Counted from the first letter of the stretch, positions 28,016 through 41,042 are shown. The stretch is 64,000 nucleotides of DNA from Octopus vulgaris (GCA_951406725.2 OX597815.1:84196001-84260000), one strand, 5' to 3'. Numbers and translations are program-made. Notes: generated from the letters alone by a model not told the origin.

Positions 28016-28959
28016 GAGAGAGAGAGATAATATATAGATGTTAGACATCATATAGAGGTATATTATACAGAGATTAAATCATAATACGCCATGGAATGCA
28101 ATACGAAATCTAAAATCTAGAATCTATAATACATATATTTTATATCATAAGACAGTGGCAGACAGTGAAATTATAGCCGGAGAAAAAGAAATAGTACAAT
28201 GCTATAAGTGTATACTTTATGGTATATCGTGTATTTACGTTCATTCTAAAGTAAAATATATATATAAATATAAGAACAATTTAAAAGCCTGTTTGAAAAC
28301 AATTAGGAAAATTAACGACTAAATGTTATCAATTTCAAATTTGATATCTTGACACTGGCGCCAAATCTATTTAACATATAGAGAAGAAAGTTTCAGTAGT
28401 GCCTCAAGTCTAAGGGAAATATATTTCCGGCTTGATATAAATTTTCTTCAGCATTGAGATAATTCTATTTTCAGTTGCGTTGTTGCTGTTGTTGTTGTTG
28501 TTGTTTTTGTTGTTTTGTTGTTGTTTTTGTTGTTGTTGTTGTTTTTGTTGTTGTTACGGCAGCTGTTGTTACGACGGTTGCTGTTGCTCCAGTTGTTCCG
28601 TTTTTTGATAATGGGTTTAATGAAGATGAAGAGGAGGAAGAGAGTACGGGAGAAGTCGAGGAGGAGGAGGAGGAGAAGAAGAAGGAGGGGAGGAGGAGGA
28701 GGAGGAGGAGGAAGTGAAGGATGAAGATAAGGATTATAGTGATGACTAAGGTGACGTCATGGTGATGTACTACTTTTCGTTTGTGGTATTACAGTTCTGA
28801 GATAATATACTTATTGATTTATCTATATATTTATTTACTTATTCGCTGCTTTGAATCTTTTTGAAATCTGTAACACGAAGTTACACTTTTACGCTCTCTG
28901 GCATATTTTATCAAAGCAGAAACCACGTACATTTTAGAATGAGTGTATATATATTTGCC

Positions 28960-29160
28960 ATACTTATATGGAAAATACCCTGAAACATGTCTGCAGCTGT
29001 CTGACTGGCAGGATGAAGCGGCTGACCTCCCCTGTTCGAAGGTTTATAATGGACGCAGGTTGTGTGTCAAATAGCTAGCTTGAGGCGGTGGCCTCTTGGA
29101 GCTAATCAGCGACAGCTTTAGTCTTATATTTATAAGACTGCCATATAAGTATGGCGATAA
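28960..29160 (-). mobile_element. TA-adjacent repeat with a decayed long-stem-II hammerhead-like motif
   Basis: Minus: tataaatataa, then tgtcg-CTGATTAG ... AGA-CAGCTG-CA-gaca; palindromic stem III and tgtc/gaca stem I, but core bases altered. Confidence 0.35.
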
Positions 29161-29279
29161 CTATATATATATATATACATATATATATATACAAATATAT
29201 ATAGTTAATCCAAACATGAACAGAGAGAAAACAACGCGAGGACGTGGAACAAGTATAGTGTTATTGGACGCTCAGGAAA

Positions 29280-29328
<49 letters not shown>

Positions 29329-29766
29329 TGAATATACACATGTATGTAAATATACACGTGTATGTGTGTGTGTGAGTGAGTGCATTTGTTGGTATGTTTA
29401 TGACCGTAATTTTTTGTCAGCTTATATTTTTTTCTGCAAGAATTTTAATGATGTCCTCATATAATATCATATAATGATATCCTCATATAATAATTGTTAT
29501 CTAATTATACATCATGATTTGAAATAAGTCACAGATTATCTTTTTGCAAACACACGCAAACGTAATCGAGATTGTTGTAAAGAGTTGATTTATTGAGGAT
29601 AGAGTTTTATGGCTACTTAAAAGACAAATGAAACAACGAAAGCATAGAAGATAGAAGAATGTTGTAGTTTTATGTTTGAATGAATGTAACTAGCAATATA
29701 TATACGTATGTGTGCGCGTGAGTCGATGTGTGTGCATACATGCCTACATACACACACGTATGTATG

Positions 29767-29801
<35 letters not shown>

Positions 29802-29849
29802 AAGTGTGTATGTGTGTGTGCTTGTGCGCGTGTGCATGTGTGTGCATGC

Positions 29850-29880
<31 letters not shown>

Positions 29881-30123
29881 CATACATACACACAGAGAGC
29901 GAGAGAGTCAGATATAGAGACAGATAGTTATATAGTGGATACATAGATCTTTATACAGTACTAAATATACAATATGGCTGTTCTTTTGTGTTATAAGATT
30001 ATATTCCAGTGAGTATATATATACGTGTGTCTATGTGTGTGGGTGTGTGTACAAATGTATGTATACAATAGCCGATATCTTATACAGATATATATACATA
30101 CATATATATATAGAGAGAGAGAG

Positions 30124-30204
<81 letters not shown>

Positions 30205-31338
30205 GAGAGATTCATTTATACACATGTGTATATACATTATATATATTTAGTACAATGCCTATAACTCCCTTCCAATGCGTTTATTAATAACCATAATTCA
30301 TTTATCAGCTTTTTTGAAGAGTTCCGTATGGTTAAAATCGCATTTTTGAACCGATTTTCATTGAAAACCCGAGTGAATGTATACAATATTTTCACTTGTC
30401 TAGCGGATGTTGTTTGGATCTGATCACTTCAGTTTCATACATTATTGTATCAACGTTGCATGCCTGGCTTAATGGCAATGCCTACCTACATAAATATCAT
30501 ACAAGAATTTGATTTACCCTTTTAGTCCGGATGCAGCTCTTCCTATTGGAGTTGCAGCTATAACTAATTTAATGCTCTTTCTGTTTGAATGCACTTCTAA
30601 AGTGAAGGCTGAATGCGCCAATAATTGCATACCTGTATTAACCTTAATGCAGAAAGAGGGGATACGAAGCAGATGATTTTATGAGACCTGTTCCTGGATT
30701 GCGAATACGGTAGGCTTGGGATATGAAATCTCTCCATTATGGGTGAATGATAAGTACTTATTCATATACCTTGGCTTTTACTTAAGTTTATAAATGTGTT
30801 TATATATGCGCTGTGTATCTAAGGCAGCAACAATATTCAGATTGCTACCTATTTATTTGTTTTCCTGAATTTCAATCTTAATTGAAGGCGCTTAGATTAT
30901 GAACAAATGCCTCCAAAGATTTTTCTACTGCCTTCTAACGTCCACACTACTTTGCATTTCAATTTCTGAATAAATATCTTTAAATGTTCAAACGAATTTA
31001 CGTTGAGAGGAAACTGGGGATCGTACATTTCTTTAAAGGAAGATATGATTAACAAGTTTCCAATTTGTCTTCCAATCAACTCAATAACCTTTGATCTCTT
31101 CTTTGATTATATTTTGCAAAGCGTCAGCAGAAAATAGAATATTTCATACAAGTTGAATAAAAAATATGAAAAGACAATATTTGAACATTTCAGATAAACA
31201 CAAGAAACAAATATGTTTATGTGTATATATACATATATGTGTGTTTATCTATAGATGCGAGCATGTTTGTGTGTGTGTATGTATATGTGTATGTATGTAT
31301 GTGTGTGTGTGAGAGAGAGGGAGAGAGAAAGAGATAGA

Positions 31339-31590
31339 GAAGGTGCGTGGCTTAGCTTTGAAGGTATCACGCTCATACACTCTTGAGTTCGATCCCTACT
31401 GGTGTAGATTGTTCTTGAGCAAGACACTCAGCCGGAGAAAATTAATTGTACATGTAATTGAAAGGGCTAGCCTTGTCACATTCTGTGCCACGCTGATTCT
31501 TCCTGCGAACTACATTAAGAGTACGTGTGCCATTTCCACGGTGATATCAACAAGAACACCTGTCGTCATAATCGACGGAGAGCCAATTTA
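31339..31590 (+). mobile_element. Decayed tRNA-derived SINE (family C-related)
   Basis: gaaggtgcgtggcttag...gagttcgatccc...gttcttgagcaagacact, head shared with the 57988 copy. Confidence 0.7.
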
Positions 31591-31614
31591 TATGTAGATA
31601 TATAGATAGATAGG

Positions 31615-31655
<41 letters not shown>

Positions 31656-31673
31656 CAATAGATAGATAGATCA

Positions 31674-31765
<92 letters not shown>

Positions 31766-31869
31766 ACTGATAGATAACAACAATCTCACTAATCTCATTA
31801 ACTCCAAGATTGCGCAAACGAATTGTAATTATTGATCTTGAGTGGCCAGACAGCAAATCCAAAAAATAC

Positions 31870-32068
31870 CGAAAATTGGAGTGCCGTTTCCAGAGGTGCC
31901 GAATACTTTAAACCGGGACAAATTGCTCTCTGTACTACTGCAATTGATTCGATTAATTTCATTTGTACCATCGGTGAGGTTGACCGAAACTGTGCAAAAC
32001 TGTATTGCGAAAACAACAGAACCTAGCACCGAAAACAATAACAGTAGTCTCAACGGCCTTTTCATTAC
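31870..32068 (-). CDS. Candidate first coding exon of a secreted or membrane protein
   Basis: MKRPLRLLLLFSVLGSVVFA (signal-peptide-like) then NLT, NCS, NLS, NGT sequons; AG 3 nt upstream of the ATG (32065) after a T-rich tract; possible donor GTATTT at 31869. No homology recognised. Confidence 0.3.
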
Positions 32069-33208
32069 CTACAGTGCAATATCAACAACAACAACGCAAT
32101 GAAAATAAACGACTATCGCAATCATAAACTGTACCGGAAACAAAGAGGGAAATTTTTCTACCTTGTTGGCCCCTCGATATGAATAGCAGTGAAATCCCTT
32201 TTAATGGCATTCCAACTGTCTTAAACTTGCGAAGTACAGGTTACATCAAATAGTTCTAGATTACTGTAAAAATGTTATGATGAAGGTTGGTAAATTTTTG
32301 ATCATAAACCACGCTTGGGTTTAAACAAAAACTCAAACAAACATACATTTATGCTTAGCAATATCGATATTGTTTTGATCAGTAATATAGTCATCATAGT
32401 TGCTGCCCTTTTATCATCGCTAGTGTCAAATATCGTTTTAAAAAATCATATGGAAATGCATTATTTTATCCATAACATGTTTTATTGTATGGGTTAAGAA
32501 AGATTTCAATAATTTACCGTTATGTTATTTGCCTCTCAAAGATACACGCACTTACATGAGTGTTTTTGTACATATACACACACGTGTACAATCTTATTGC
32601 GTATACAAATTCACACACACATAGATATATAAATATGTGTGTATGGGTGTGTATAAATACATATATGTGTGTGAGTGTGCATGTATGTATGTATGTATGT
32701 ATGTACGTATGTGTGTATGTATGTATGTATGTATGTGTGTATGTATGTATGTATGTGTGTATGTATGTGTGTATGTATGTATGTATGTATGTGTGTATGT
32801 ATTTATGTATGTATGTATGTATGTGTGTATGTATGTATGTATGTGTGTATGTATGTATGTATGTATGTATGTATGTATGTATGTATGTATGTATGTATAT
32901 ATGTATGTATGTATGCATGTATGTATACAAACACACCTGAGTGGTTAATGAGGAGAGATGAAGTAACAAGGAATATCATCTTAGTGAGATCTGTACTGTT
33001 TTATGTGTGGGAGTGTTGGTGGTAGTGACGCATGAGAATGTGTCTTGTGTGAAAAGATATTTACTGCGAGCAAAAACATTTTGCTTAACTTTTACTTTTT
33101 CTGTTTTTCGTGTATGTATGCATTTCTGCGTCAGCAAATTTTGCATCACATACTTTTTTCTTTAACACTGCCTGCAGATATAAATTCATCACGCAGCTAT
33201 GATATATT

Positions 33209-33263
<55 letters not shown>

Positions 33264-33300
33264 ATATATCTGTATGAATGTATATATATATATATATATG

Positions 33301-33345
<45 letters not shown>

Positions 33346-33389
33346 GTATAGATATATATATATGTATATATATATACATATGTATATAC

Positions 33390-33428
<39 letters not shown>

Positions 33429-34175
33429 CGTGTGTGGATAAGCACGCCGGTTGTGCACGAGTGTATGCACGTTATGTGTGGAGGCGCGTGCATACATTTA
33501 TATACATATATATATGTATGCATATATATTTGAAATCATCACACAGCGACGCATTCGTATATATATATATATACAGGCATATATGTGTGTAGTTGTGGGG
33601 TGTTTATGGGCGTACGTAAGCGTCTGTATGTTTATATGTGCCTCCATGCAATATCTCTGTGTGTCTCCACATGTGTACTTTCATTCATTTATAAAGTAAA
33701 CGTCCTTTCAAAGCATTCCAAAAATTTGCATATGTCAGTCAGTAAAACAATAGAACTAGCTAAAACCATTCGCGGCATAAACATTCATTATTGTCGTTGT
33801 ATTTCCGTTGTCATTTGTGTATTCTTTAGATGACATATTTCTCGAATTTGTTTCTATCACTCTTCTTGTTTCATCTCATAACAATGTTTCAGTAATGTTT
33901 TTATTAACTTTCAATTTCACAATACAACTGCATTTTCCGTTTATTATTAATGTTTGTTTGTTTTTTTCATTTGCTTTTGTTTTGTCTTTTTTATTCTCTG
34001 TGAAAATATTTATTTAGTATTATGTATGCGATAGATGTTTTTGAATATATGTGCGTGCACGGGCATGTGTATGTGTACGTGCGTGTGCGTGTGCATGTGT
34101 GTTGTGTGAATGGGTGTGTGAATGAGTGGGTGTGTAAGTGTGTGTATGCATGACATATATATATATGTGTATATA

Positions 34176-34226
<51 letters not shown>

Positions 34227-34490
34227 CAATTAAGGACAACTACTTAATAAGGAAAACTTAACAAGAAATTGTCAGGTAGATAGCGTAAGAACCTCATAAG
34301 AGAAAAAATTTCGAAAATAATTATTTCTTATTGAACATATTAATTTATATAAAGAGGGCATTATATACTTGCCAGAAGGCATTATACATACATGCCAAAC
34401 GCTAAGAGGGACAATTAGTCATTTCTACCAAAAATATTACTAATCCCACCGAATGCAATTTTTCAAAGTAAGACATTTAAAAAAATATAT

Positions 34491-34538
34491 AGACCTGTAT
34501 CACAGTGATTTCATACTTACGTACTCATCAGCAGGCCT
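34491..34538 (-). ncRNA. Type I hammerhead ribozyme, copy 1
   Basis: AGGCCUG-CUGAUGA-GUAC-GUAA-GUAU-GAAA-UCAC-U-GUGA-UA|-CAGGUCU: full catalytic core, stems I-III, GNRA loop II. Confidence 0.9.
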
Positions 34539-34972
34539 GAATGCATTATAAATAAACAACGACCCTGCCCCGCTTAAGTCGATCAGCTAACTGTTCAACA
34601 TTCAACGAAGCACATGGGTGAGTTTACATATATTACATCCTGTCAAATGGCAAACTTTTACGAATTGCATTTCGGAAGAGGAAAAGTTTTTTCGGAATAA
34701 AAATTTAGCAGTTAAGGACAACTACTTAATAAGGAAAACTTAACAAGAAATTGTCAGGTAGATAGCGTAAGAACCTCATAAGAGAAAAAATTTCGAAAAT
34801 AATTATTTCTTATTGAACATATTAATTTATATAAAGAGGGCATTATATACTTGCCAGAAGGCATTATACATACATGCCAAACGCTAAGAGGGACAATTAG
34901 TCATTTCTACCAAAAATATTACTAATCCCACCGAATGCAATTTTTCAAAGTAAGACATTTAAAAAAATATAT

Positions 34973-35020
34973 AGACCTGTATCACAGTGATTTCATACTT
35001 ACGTACTCATCAGCAGGCCT
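34973..35020 (-). ncRNA. Type I hammerhead ribozyme, copy 2
   Basis: Identical to copy 1, shifted by 482 bp. Confidence 0.9.
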
Positions 35021-35454
35021 GAATGCATTATAAATAAACAACGACCCTGCCCCGCTTAAGTCGATCAGCTAACTGTTCAACATTCAACGAAGCACATGGG
35101 TGAGTTTACATATATTACATCCTGTCAAATGGCAAACTTTTACGAATTGCATTTCGGGAGAGGAAAAGTTTTTTCGGAATAAAAATTTAGCAATTAAGGA
35201 CAACTACTTAATAAGGAAAACTTAACAAGAAATTGTCAGGTAGATAGCGTAAGAACCTCATAAGAGAAAAAATTTCGAAAATAATTATTTCTTATTGAAC
35301 ATATTAATTTATATAAAGAGGGCATTATATACTTGCCAGAAGGCATTATACATACATGCCAAACGCTAAGAGGGACAATTAGTCATTTCTACCAAAAATA
35401 TTACTAATCCCACCGAATGCAATTTTTCAAAGTAAGACATTTAAAAAAATATAT

Positions 35455-35502
35455 AGACCTGTATCACAGTGATTTCATACTTACGTACTCATCAGCAGGC
35501 CT
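35455..35502 (-). ncRNA. Type I hammerhead ribozyme, copy 3
   Basis: Identical to copy 1, shifted by 964 bp. Confidence 0.9.
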
Positions 35503-35876
35503 GAATGCATTATAAATAAACAACGACCCTGCGTTTGGCATGTATGTATAATGCCTTCTGGCAAGTATATAATGCCCTCTTTATATAAATTAATATGTTC
35601 AATAAGAAATAATTATTTTCGAAATTTTTTCTCTTATGAGGTTCTTACGCTATCTACCTGACAATTTCTTGTTAAGTTTTCCTTATTAAGTAGTTGTCCT
35701 TAATTGCTAAATTTTTATTCCGAAAAAACTTTTCCTCTCCCGAAATGCAATTCGTAAAAGTTTGCCATTTGACAGGATGTAATATATGTAAACTCACCCA
35801 TGTGCTTCGTTGAATGTTGAACAGTTAGCTGATCGACTTAAGCGGGGCAGGGTCGTTGTTTATTTATAATGCATTC

Positions 35877-35924
35877 AGGCCTGCTGATGAGTACGTAAGT
35901 ATGAAATCACTGTGATACAGGTCT
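35877..35924 (+). ncRNA. Type I hammerhead ribozyme, copy 4 (inverted arm)
   Basis: CTGATGA 35884-35890, GAAA 35903-35906, predicted cleavage after A35917; 7-bp stem I 35877-35883/35918-35924. Confidence 0.9.
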
Positions 35925-36070
35925 ATATATTTTTTTAAATGTCTTACTTTGAAAAATTGCATTCGGTGGGATTAGTAATATTTTTGGTAGAAATGACTAA
36001 TTGTCCCTCTTAGCGTTTGGCATGTATGTATAATGCCTTCTGGCAAGTATATAATGCCCTCTTTATATAA

Positions 36071-36113
<43 letters not shown>

Positions 36114-36162
36114 CATACATACATATATATACATATACATATACATATACATATATGTACAT

Positions 36163-36204
<42 letters not shown>

Positions 36205-37718
36205 AAATGGAGAAACAAACACATCGATTGGTCCACATTTATAGCTTATCTTTTAATACAAAGCATGACATAGCAAATAGGTGTCGTAACAAATCTTACG
36301 ACCGTCTCCGCATCCGTTTCCAAGCGCTGTCTATAAATAATTGCTAAAATAAAATTCTTCATTTTCATAGGACATTCGAATAATGGCACGGAGCTTCATC
36401 AGAGCAAAAACAAGAGCGTCCAATATAAACAAAGGGAAGAAGGAATAGGAAAGAAAACACGGCCTAGAAAAGAAGTCAAGAAGCCCCATATATTAAAAAC
36501 ATGTAATCTATCATATTGGGGCTACGAGGCCCGTAGGTAAAAGGGTGAACTAGTAATGGTCTAGGGAATAGTAAATTTAATTTACGGGTAGTTTCAATTT
36601 AAGGGGTGGGGGCAAGATGTTTTAAAATTTATGAAAAGAAGTTATCAAAAAAATAATACAGGGAAAGTTACTATGCTAACGAAATAAACTCAAGTAAAAT
36701 GTATCTAAAACATTACCGTAGGACGTTTAAGAAAGTGTTCTCACAGAAATATTACTGAGAATCCCACCTGTGGTCCACAACGGGGCAACTCGAAGTCCAG
36801 CGGTCTCTACAATATAATTTGAACCGAGGTCACAAGTTAAAACCGTTACAATGGATATGTCAATAAAAATAAATAAGAAAAAATAAAGGGTCCGGGGCAG
36901 AAGACGATGATACAAGTGGTACGAGGCTTACTCTCCTTCAGTAGCTTATCGTTATAAAATGCATGAGAGCGATCAAAGAGTAAGTAGGCTTGGGTCATAG
37001 TTAAGGAGAAGCAAATAGTACAGGTAATTCAGCGACTCCTTAAGGCTACTAGGAAATGAATTTTAACTTAACTTCATATATAACAAATTGTTGTAATGAT
37101 TAGACATATACAGATACGCAAGAAAAATTCGTCTTAATGATACACAACAATACACAAATAAAAAACCACTTACAATTAGGCGGTTAATATTTAAGATCAA
37201 ATCACATGTTAATTATTATCAATTAATAAAACTCACAAGTTGCCACAGTATACTAAACATTCTTAATAAGCATAACATAATGATTAAAGTTAGATAGCTT
37301 CTATCATTATATCAACAATTTAATAGAACATATTGGTACTATTTGGGTACAGTTAACTGGCAACTGGCAAAATAGTACTATGAGTAAAGTTACCTTAATT
37401 CAAACAATTTGCTCAATAAACTTTAAAAGCAATAACACTTACCCTAAATCTAATAATTAAAGATTATAAACTAAAGGTATATTAACTCAAAGTGGGTGCA
37501 GAAAATAATATTACAATCAACAAGTTGTTCCTATATTACATTATCATAAAATTTGATTATTCCTATCAATAAATCTAATAATTTAAAAATTATAATCTAA
37601 TAATATATTAACTCTAAGTGGGTGCAGACATACAATTTCAATCAACGGGCTGCTCTTACATTTCTGCATAGTACATCAAATTTTTATAAATATCTGATGG
37701 TATGCCCAACTAACATTG

Positions 37719-38017
37719 AGTTCCTTCTCAAGCCATGCCTGGCTCATTAGGGCCGGTTCCCCGGTTTCTTGGCGTATAGGTTCCCCACCTGGACGGGACG
37801 CCGGTCTGTCGCAGGTGAGCTGCAAGAAGCAGGAGGAAAGAGCGAGAGAAAGTTGTGGCGAAAGAGACAGCAGAAGTTCGCCACTACCTCCTGCCGGTGC
37901 TGCGTGGAGCTTCGGTGTTTCGCTCATAAACACACACATCGCCCGGTCTGAGATTCGAACCCGCGATCTATCGACCGCGAGTCCGCTGCTCTAACCACTA
38001 GGCCATATGCCTCCACG
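37719..38017 (-). mobile_element. Full-length tRNA-derived SINE (family D) with 11-bp TSD
   Basis: Head ggaggcatatggcctagtggttagagcagcggactcgcggtc...ggttcgaatctc (A and B boxes); TSD aactaacattg at 37708-37718 and 38018-38028. Confidence 0.93.
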
Positions 38018-38978
38018 AACTAACATTGTACCAAATACAAGCAGACGCATGCAATGTATGATGGGAGAAGGTGAACATAGAGTACAAAGAAAAAAATAAT
38101 ATATATTAAAATAAAATAAAATAACATGAATAAATTCAACATGGGCGTAAAAATATTCCTGAGTATGATGGGCTGATAATGTTCATTTAAAGTGGGGGAA
38201 GGACAGTGAGTGGAAAGAAGAACAATAAGTTAGTTGCGAATTAAGTCCCAATTTCATCAAGTGCCGACACATACATCCATGGTATAAAAGGTGCTAGAGG
38301 GTAAAGAAAGCAAATAAGATAGAAAACGCTAAAATTGAAATTTAAACAAAATTTAGGATTTGAATAAGTTATTAGGGGTAAAATACTACATGGTAGAAAA
38401 CCTAAGGCCTTTGTGTTCTCGAATATGTTATGATAGAAATAAAAGTCATTAATACAAGGGAATAGGTGATAATAATACGGGAAAAAGACAAATTAATATA
38501 CGTAGGCAGTTGATAAGAGTGGGGGGGTAACATCTAAACTTAGAAATAGGGTAAGAGGAGGGGTTGTTTATTTGAATACCTACAAGAGCCTCGGTAATTC
38601 CTAACAAGAGTAAGAGTTAAGGAGTAAGATGTATAACCTACATTTTACTATCAGGGGTTACTATTTGTATGCTTTGGGGTTATTGGTACTATTATGGGGT
38701 AGTATAAGTGTTCCTAATGTTATTTATATTTATCGAAAGTAGACTTTCCTTTGTGCAGGCAAGCAACACTTCGCTCATCTCACATACTACCTTTAAGATA
38801 TATATATATATAAACTGAGATAAGTTTCGACCAAAGATTGGTCCAGGCCATGTCTAACTTAATAGTACCACCTGACAGGGTTATGTAAATCAAGTTTTGT
38901 GGTATAATGGTTCATTCAAATACAGAGTTCTTGTTGAGTGAGTTGTATCCAGGCATAAGTGACTCATCTTGTATATAC

Positions 38979-39030
<52 letters not shown>

Positions 39031-39034
<4 letters not shown>

Positions 39035-39341
39035 GCAGGAGTGGTTGTGTGGTAAGTAGCTTGTTTACCAACCTCCGGGTTCAGTCCCTCTGCGTGGCAC
39101 CATGGGCAAGTGTCTTCTACTATAGCCTCGGGCCGACCAAAGCCTTGTGAGTGGATTTGGTAGACGGAAACTGAAAGAAGCTCGTCGTATATATGTATAT
39201 ATATGCGTGTGTGTGTTTGTCCCACTAGTATTGCTTGACAACCGATGCTGGTGTGTTTATGTCCCCGTTACCTAGCGGTTCGGCAAAAGAGTCCGATAGA
39301 ATAAGTACTGGGCTTACAAAAGAATAAGTCCCGGGGTCGAA
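39031..39341 (+). mobile_element. SINE family A (ggcgtaggagtggctgtgtggtaagtagcttg head)
   Basis: A/B-box-like head, ca.c.tgggcaagtgtc, internal TA/TG microsatellite; at least 5 copies in window. Confidence 0.9.
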
Positions 39342-40962
39342 TACTTTTGCTCACATATCAGCCTGTGTGTATTCGTACTTCGTTTGATTTAGTTACTTGT
39401 ATATAATTCTTGAATACAAGTTCTTTCACTTTTGTAATAGTATATACACATCCGCTTATCTGTTTGTTTCGACATATATTTCTCATTTATGTAAGTGTGC
39501 ACCCTCATGTATGTAAGCAACATTATCCGCTGGTGTGCGTCTGTGTGTGAGTGTATGCATGTATGCATGAGAGTGTGTTTGCATGCATGTATATGAGTGT
39601 GTGTAATAATATATGCATTTAATATCCTTTCTTATTTTGGCATGCAGCCAGTAAATTTGATGTGTTAGAAAGCTGATTACATCGACCTCAGGGGTCAACT
39701 CATACTTCTCTTATCGACCCCGAAAGCATAAATTCCTCCCTGGAATTTGTATTGAGAAAGTAAAGTGGGACGAAATGTTGTTAAGCATTTTGTCAGGAGT
39801 ATGTAATGATTATGGAAGCACGCTATCTTATAAGTATATGCATTTATTATCACCAGAAAAGTATTGAAAGTTAATTAAAAAAATACTAGATAGACGTCTT
39901 CTAAACATATCGCAACGATCTAACTTTTGAATGCAATCACATTTTATGGCACCTTACTCAAGTATATTATGCAATAGCTTTCGCTTGCACAAACACTTGA
40001 GAGTAAAATTTGGTACATGAAAACGCTGAGATGCGATTGCTGAATGCATTTCTGTGTGTGTGTGTGTACATACGTTCATGTGTGTGGCGCACATTGTTAT
40101 TTTTTGCATGTGTGTGAATGCATGTTTGATTTGATTCTTCAGCAAGTTTAACATCGCACTCTGGTTCTTAGGTGATGTCAGTGGAGTCCAATCTGATATA
40201 AGAATTCAGCCCAGATCTCAGGTCTAAGTATAAGAGAAGAACACATGCTCAACTCTAGAGATAGCTTTTTCTCTTCTGTCTACCAGCCTCTGAGGGCAAA
40301 AGAAGCAATCGAAACAGTGATTACAAAATCAAATGCAACATATGCCTATCTTTGACTTTTGTTCTCCCTGTGTTTCTCCTGTTATTTAAATGGATTGAGA
40401 AAACAAATCACATATATCTGTACATTTCAGCCAACACTAGGCTCAGAAATCATGATATTATATATAAAATTCGTACACCTATTATAAAGTTCCACTAGGA
40501 TTACACGCAGATATTGCTAGATGGATTAAAGCTTTAGTAAAGTATATAATACTAGTATGTGCATGGGAAGTGTGATACTGCACAGGTGATAATAAGGTGA
40601 GGTAAACAGGAATGGAACTACTGCAAAAATTAGAGGAAGACAGTGATGAGACGACGTTTTACTGCGCCGAATATAACACTGTGCACATGCATGGATGTAT
40701 ACACTCACTCCCATAAAACAAAAACTCACTTACACAAACACACACACACATATAAATCCGATGCCATATATTTTATTATTGCCTTTTGAAATCTAGTATA
40801 TGAATTTATGATACGGATGTGCATCTGCAAATGTATGAGTTAGATTTAATGAGATGTCAGTATTTCATGTTGTATTCGGATTTACTGGAGGAATGGGAGT
40901 TCAAGAGTAGATTATAGTGAGCACCTATTATATACTTACATCCACACACACACACTCAAACA

Positions 40963-41042
<80 letters not shown>

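Larger units (their letters stand above)
34224..36073. mobile_element. Hammerhead-bearing 482-bp tandem element with inverted arm (retrozyme-like / Penelope pLTR-like)
   Basis: Period 482 (units start 34224, 34706, 35188; third stops at 35532). 35531-36073 is the reverse complement of 34824-35366. Only two substitutions noticed between units. (TA)n on both flanks; no ORF of 60 aa or more within the unit. Confidence 0.92.

Noticed and set aside
34224-35532. CRISPR-like array or plain satellite
   Set aside because: No unique spacers, the unit is 482 bp, the context is eukaryotic, and the hammerhead plus inversion explain it better.
37945-38015. tRNA gene (also 57990-58070)
   Set aside because: tRNA-like heads run into SINE bodies, lack a proper acceptor stem and T-run terminator, and one is bounded by a TSD.
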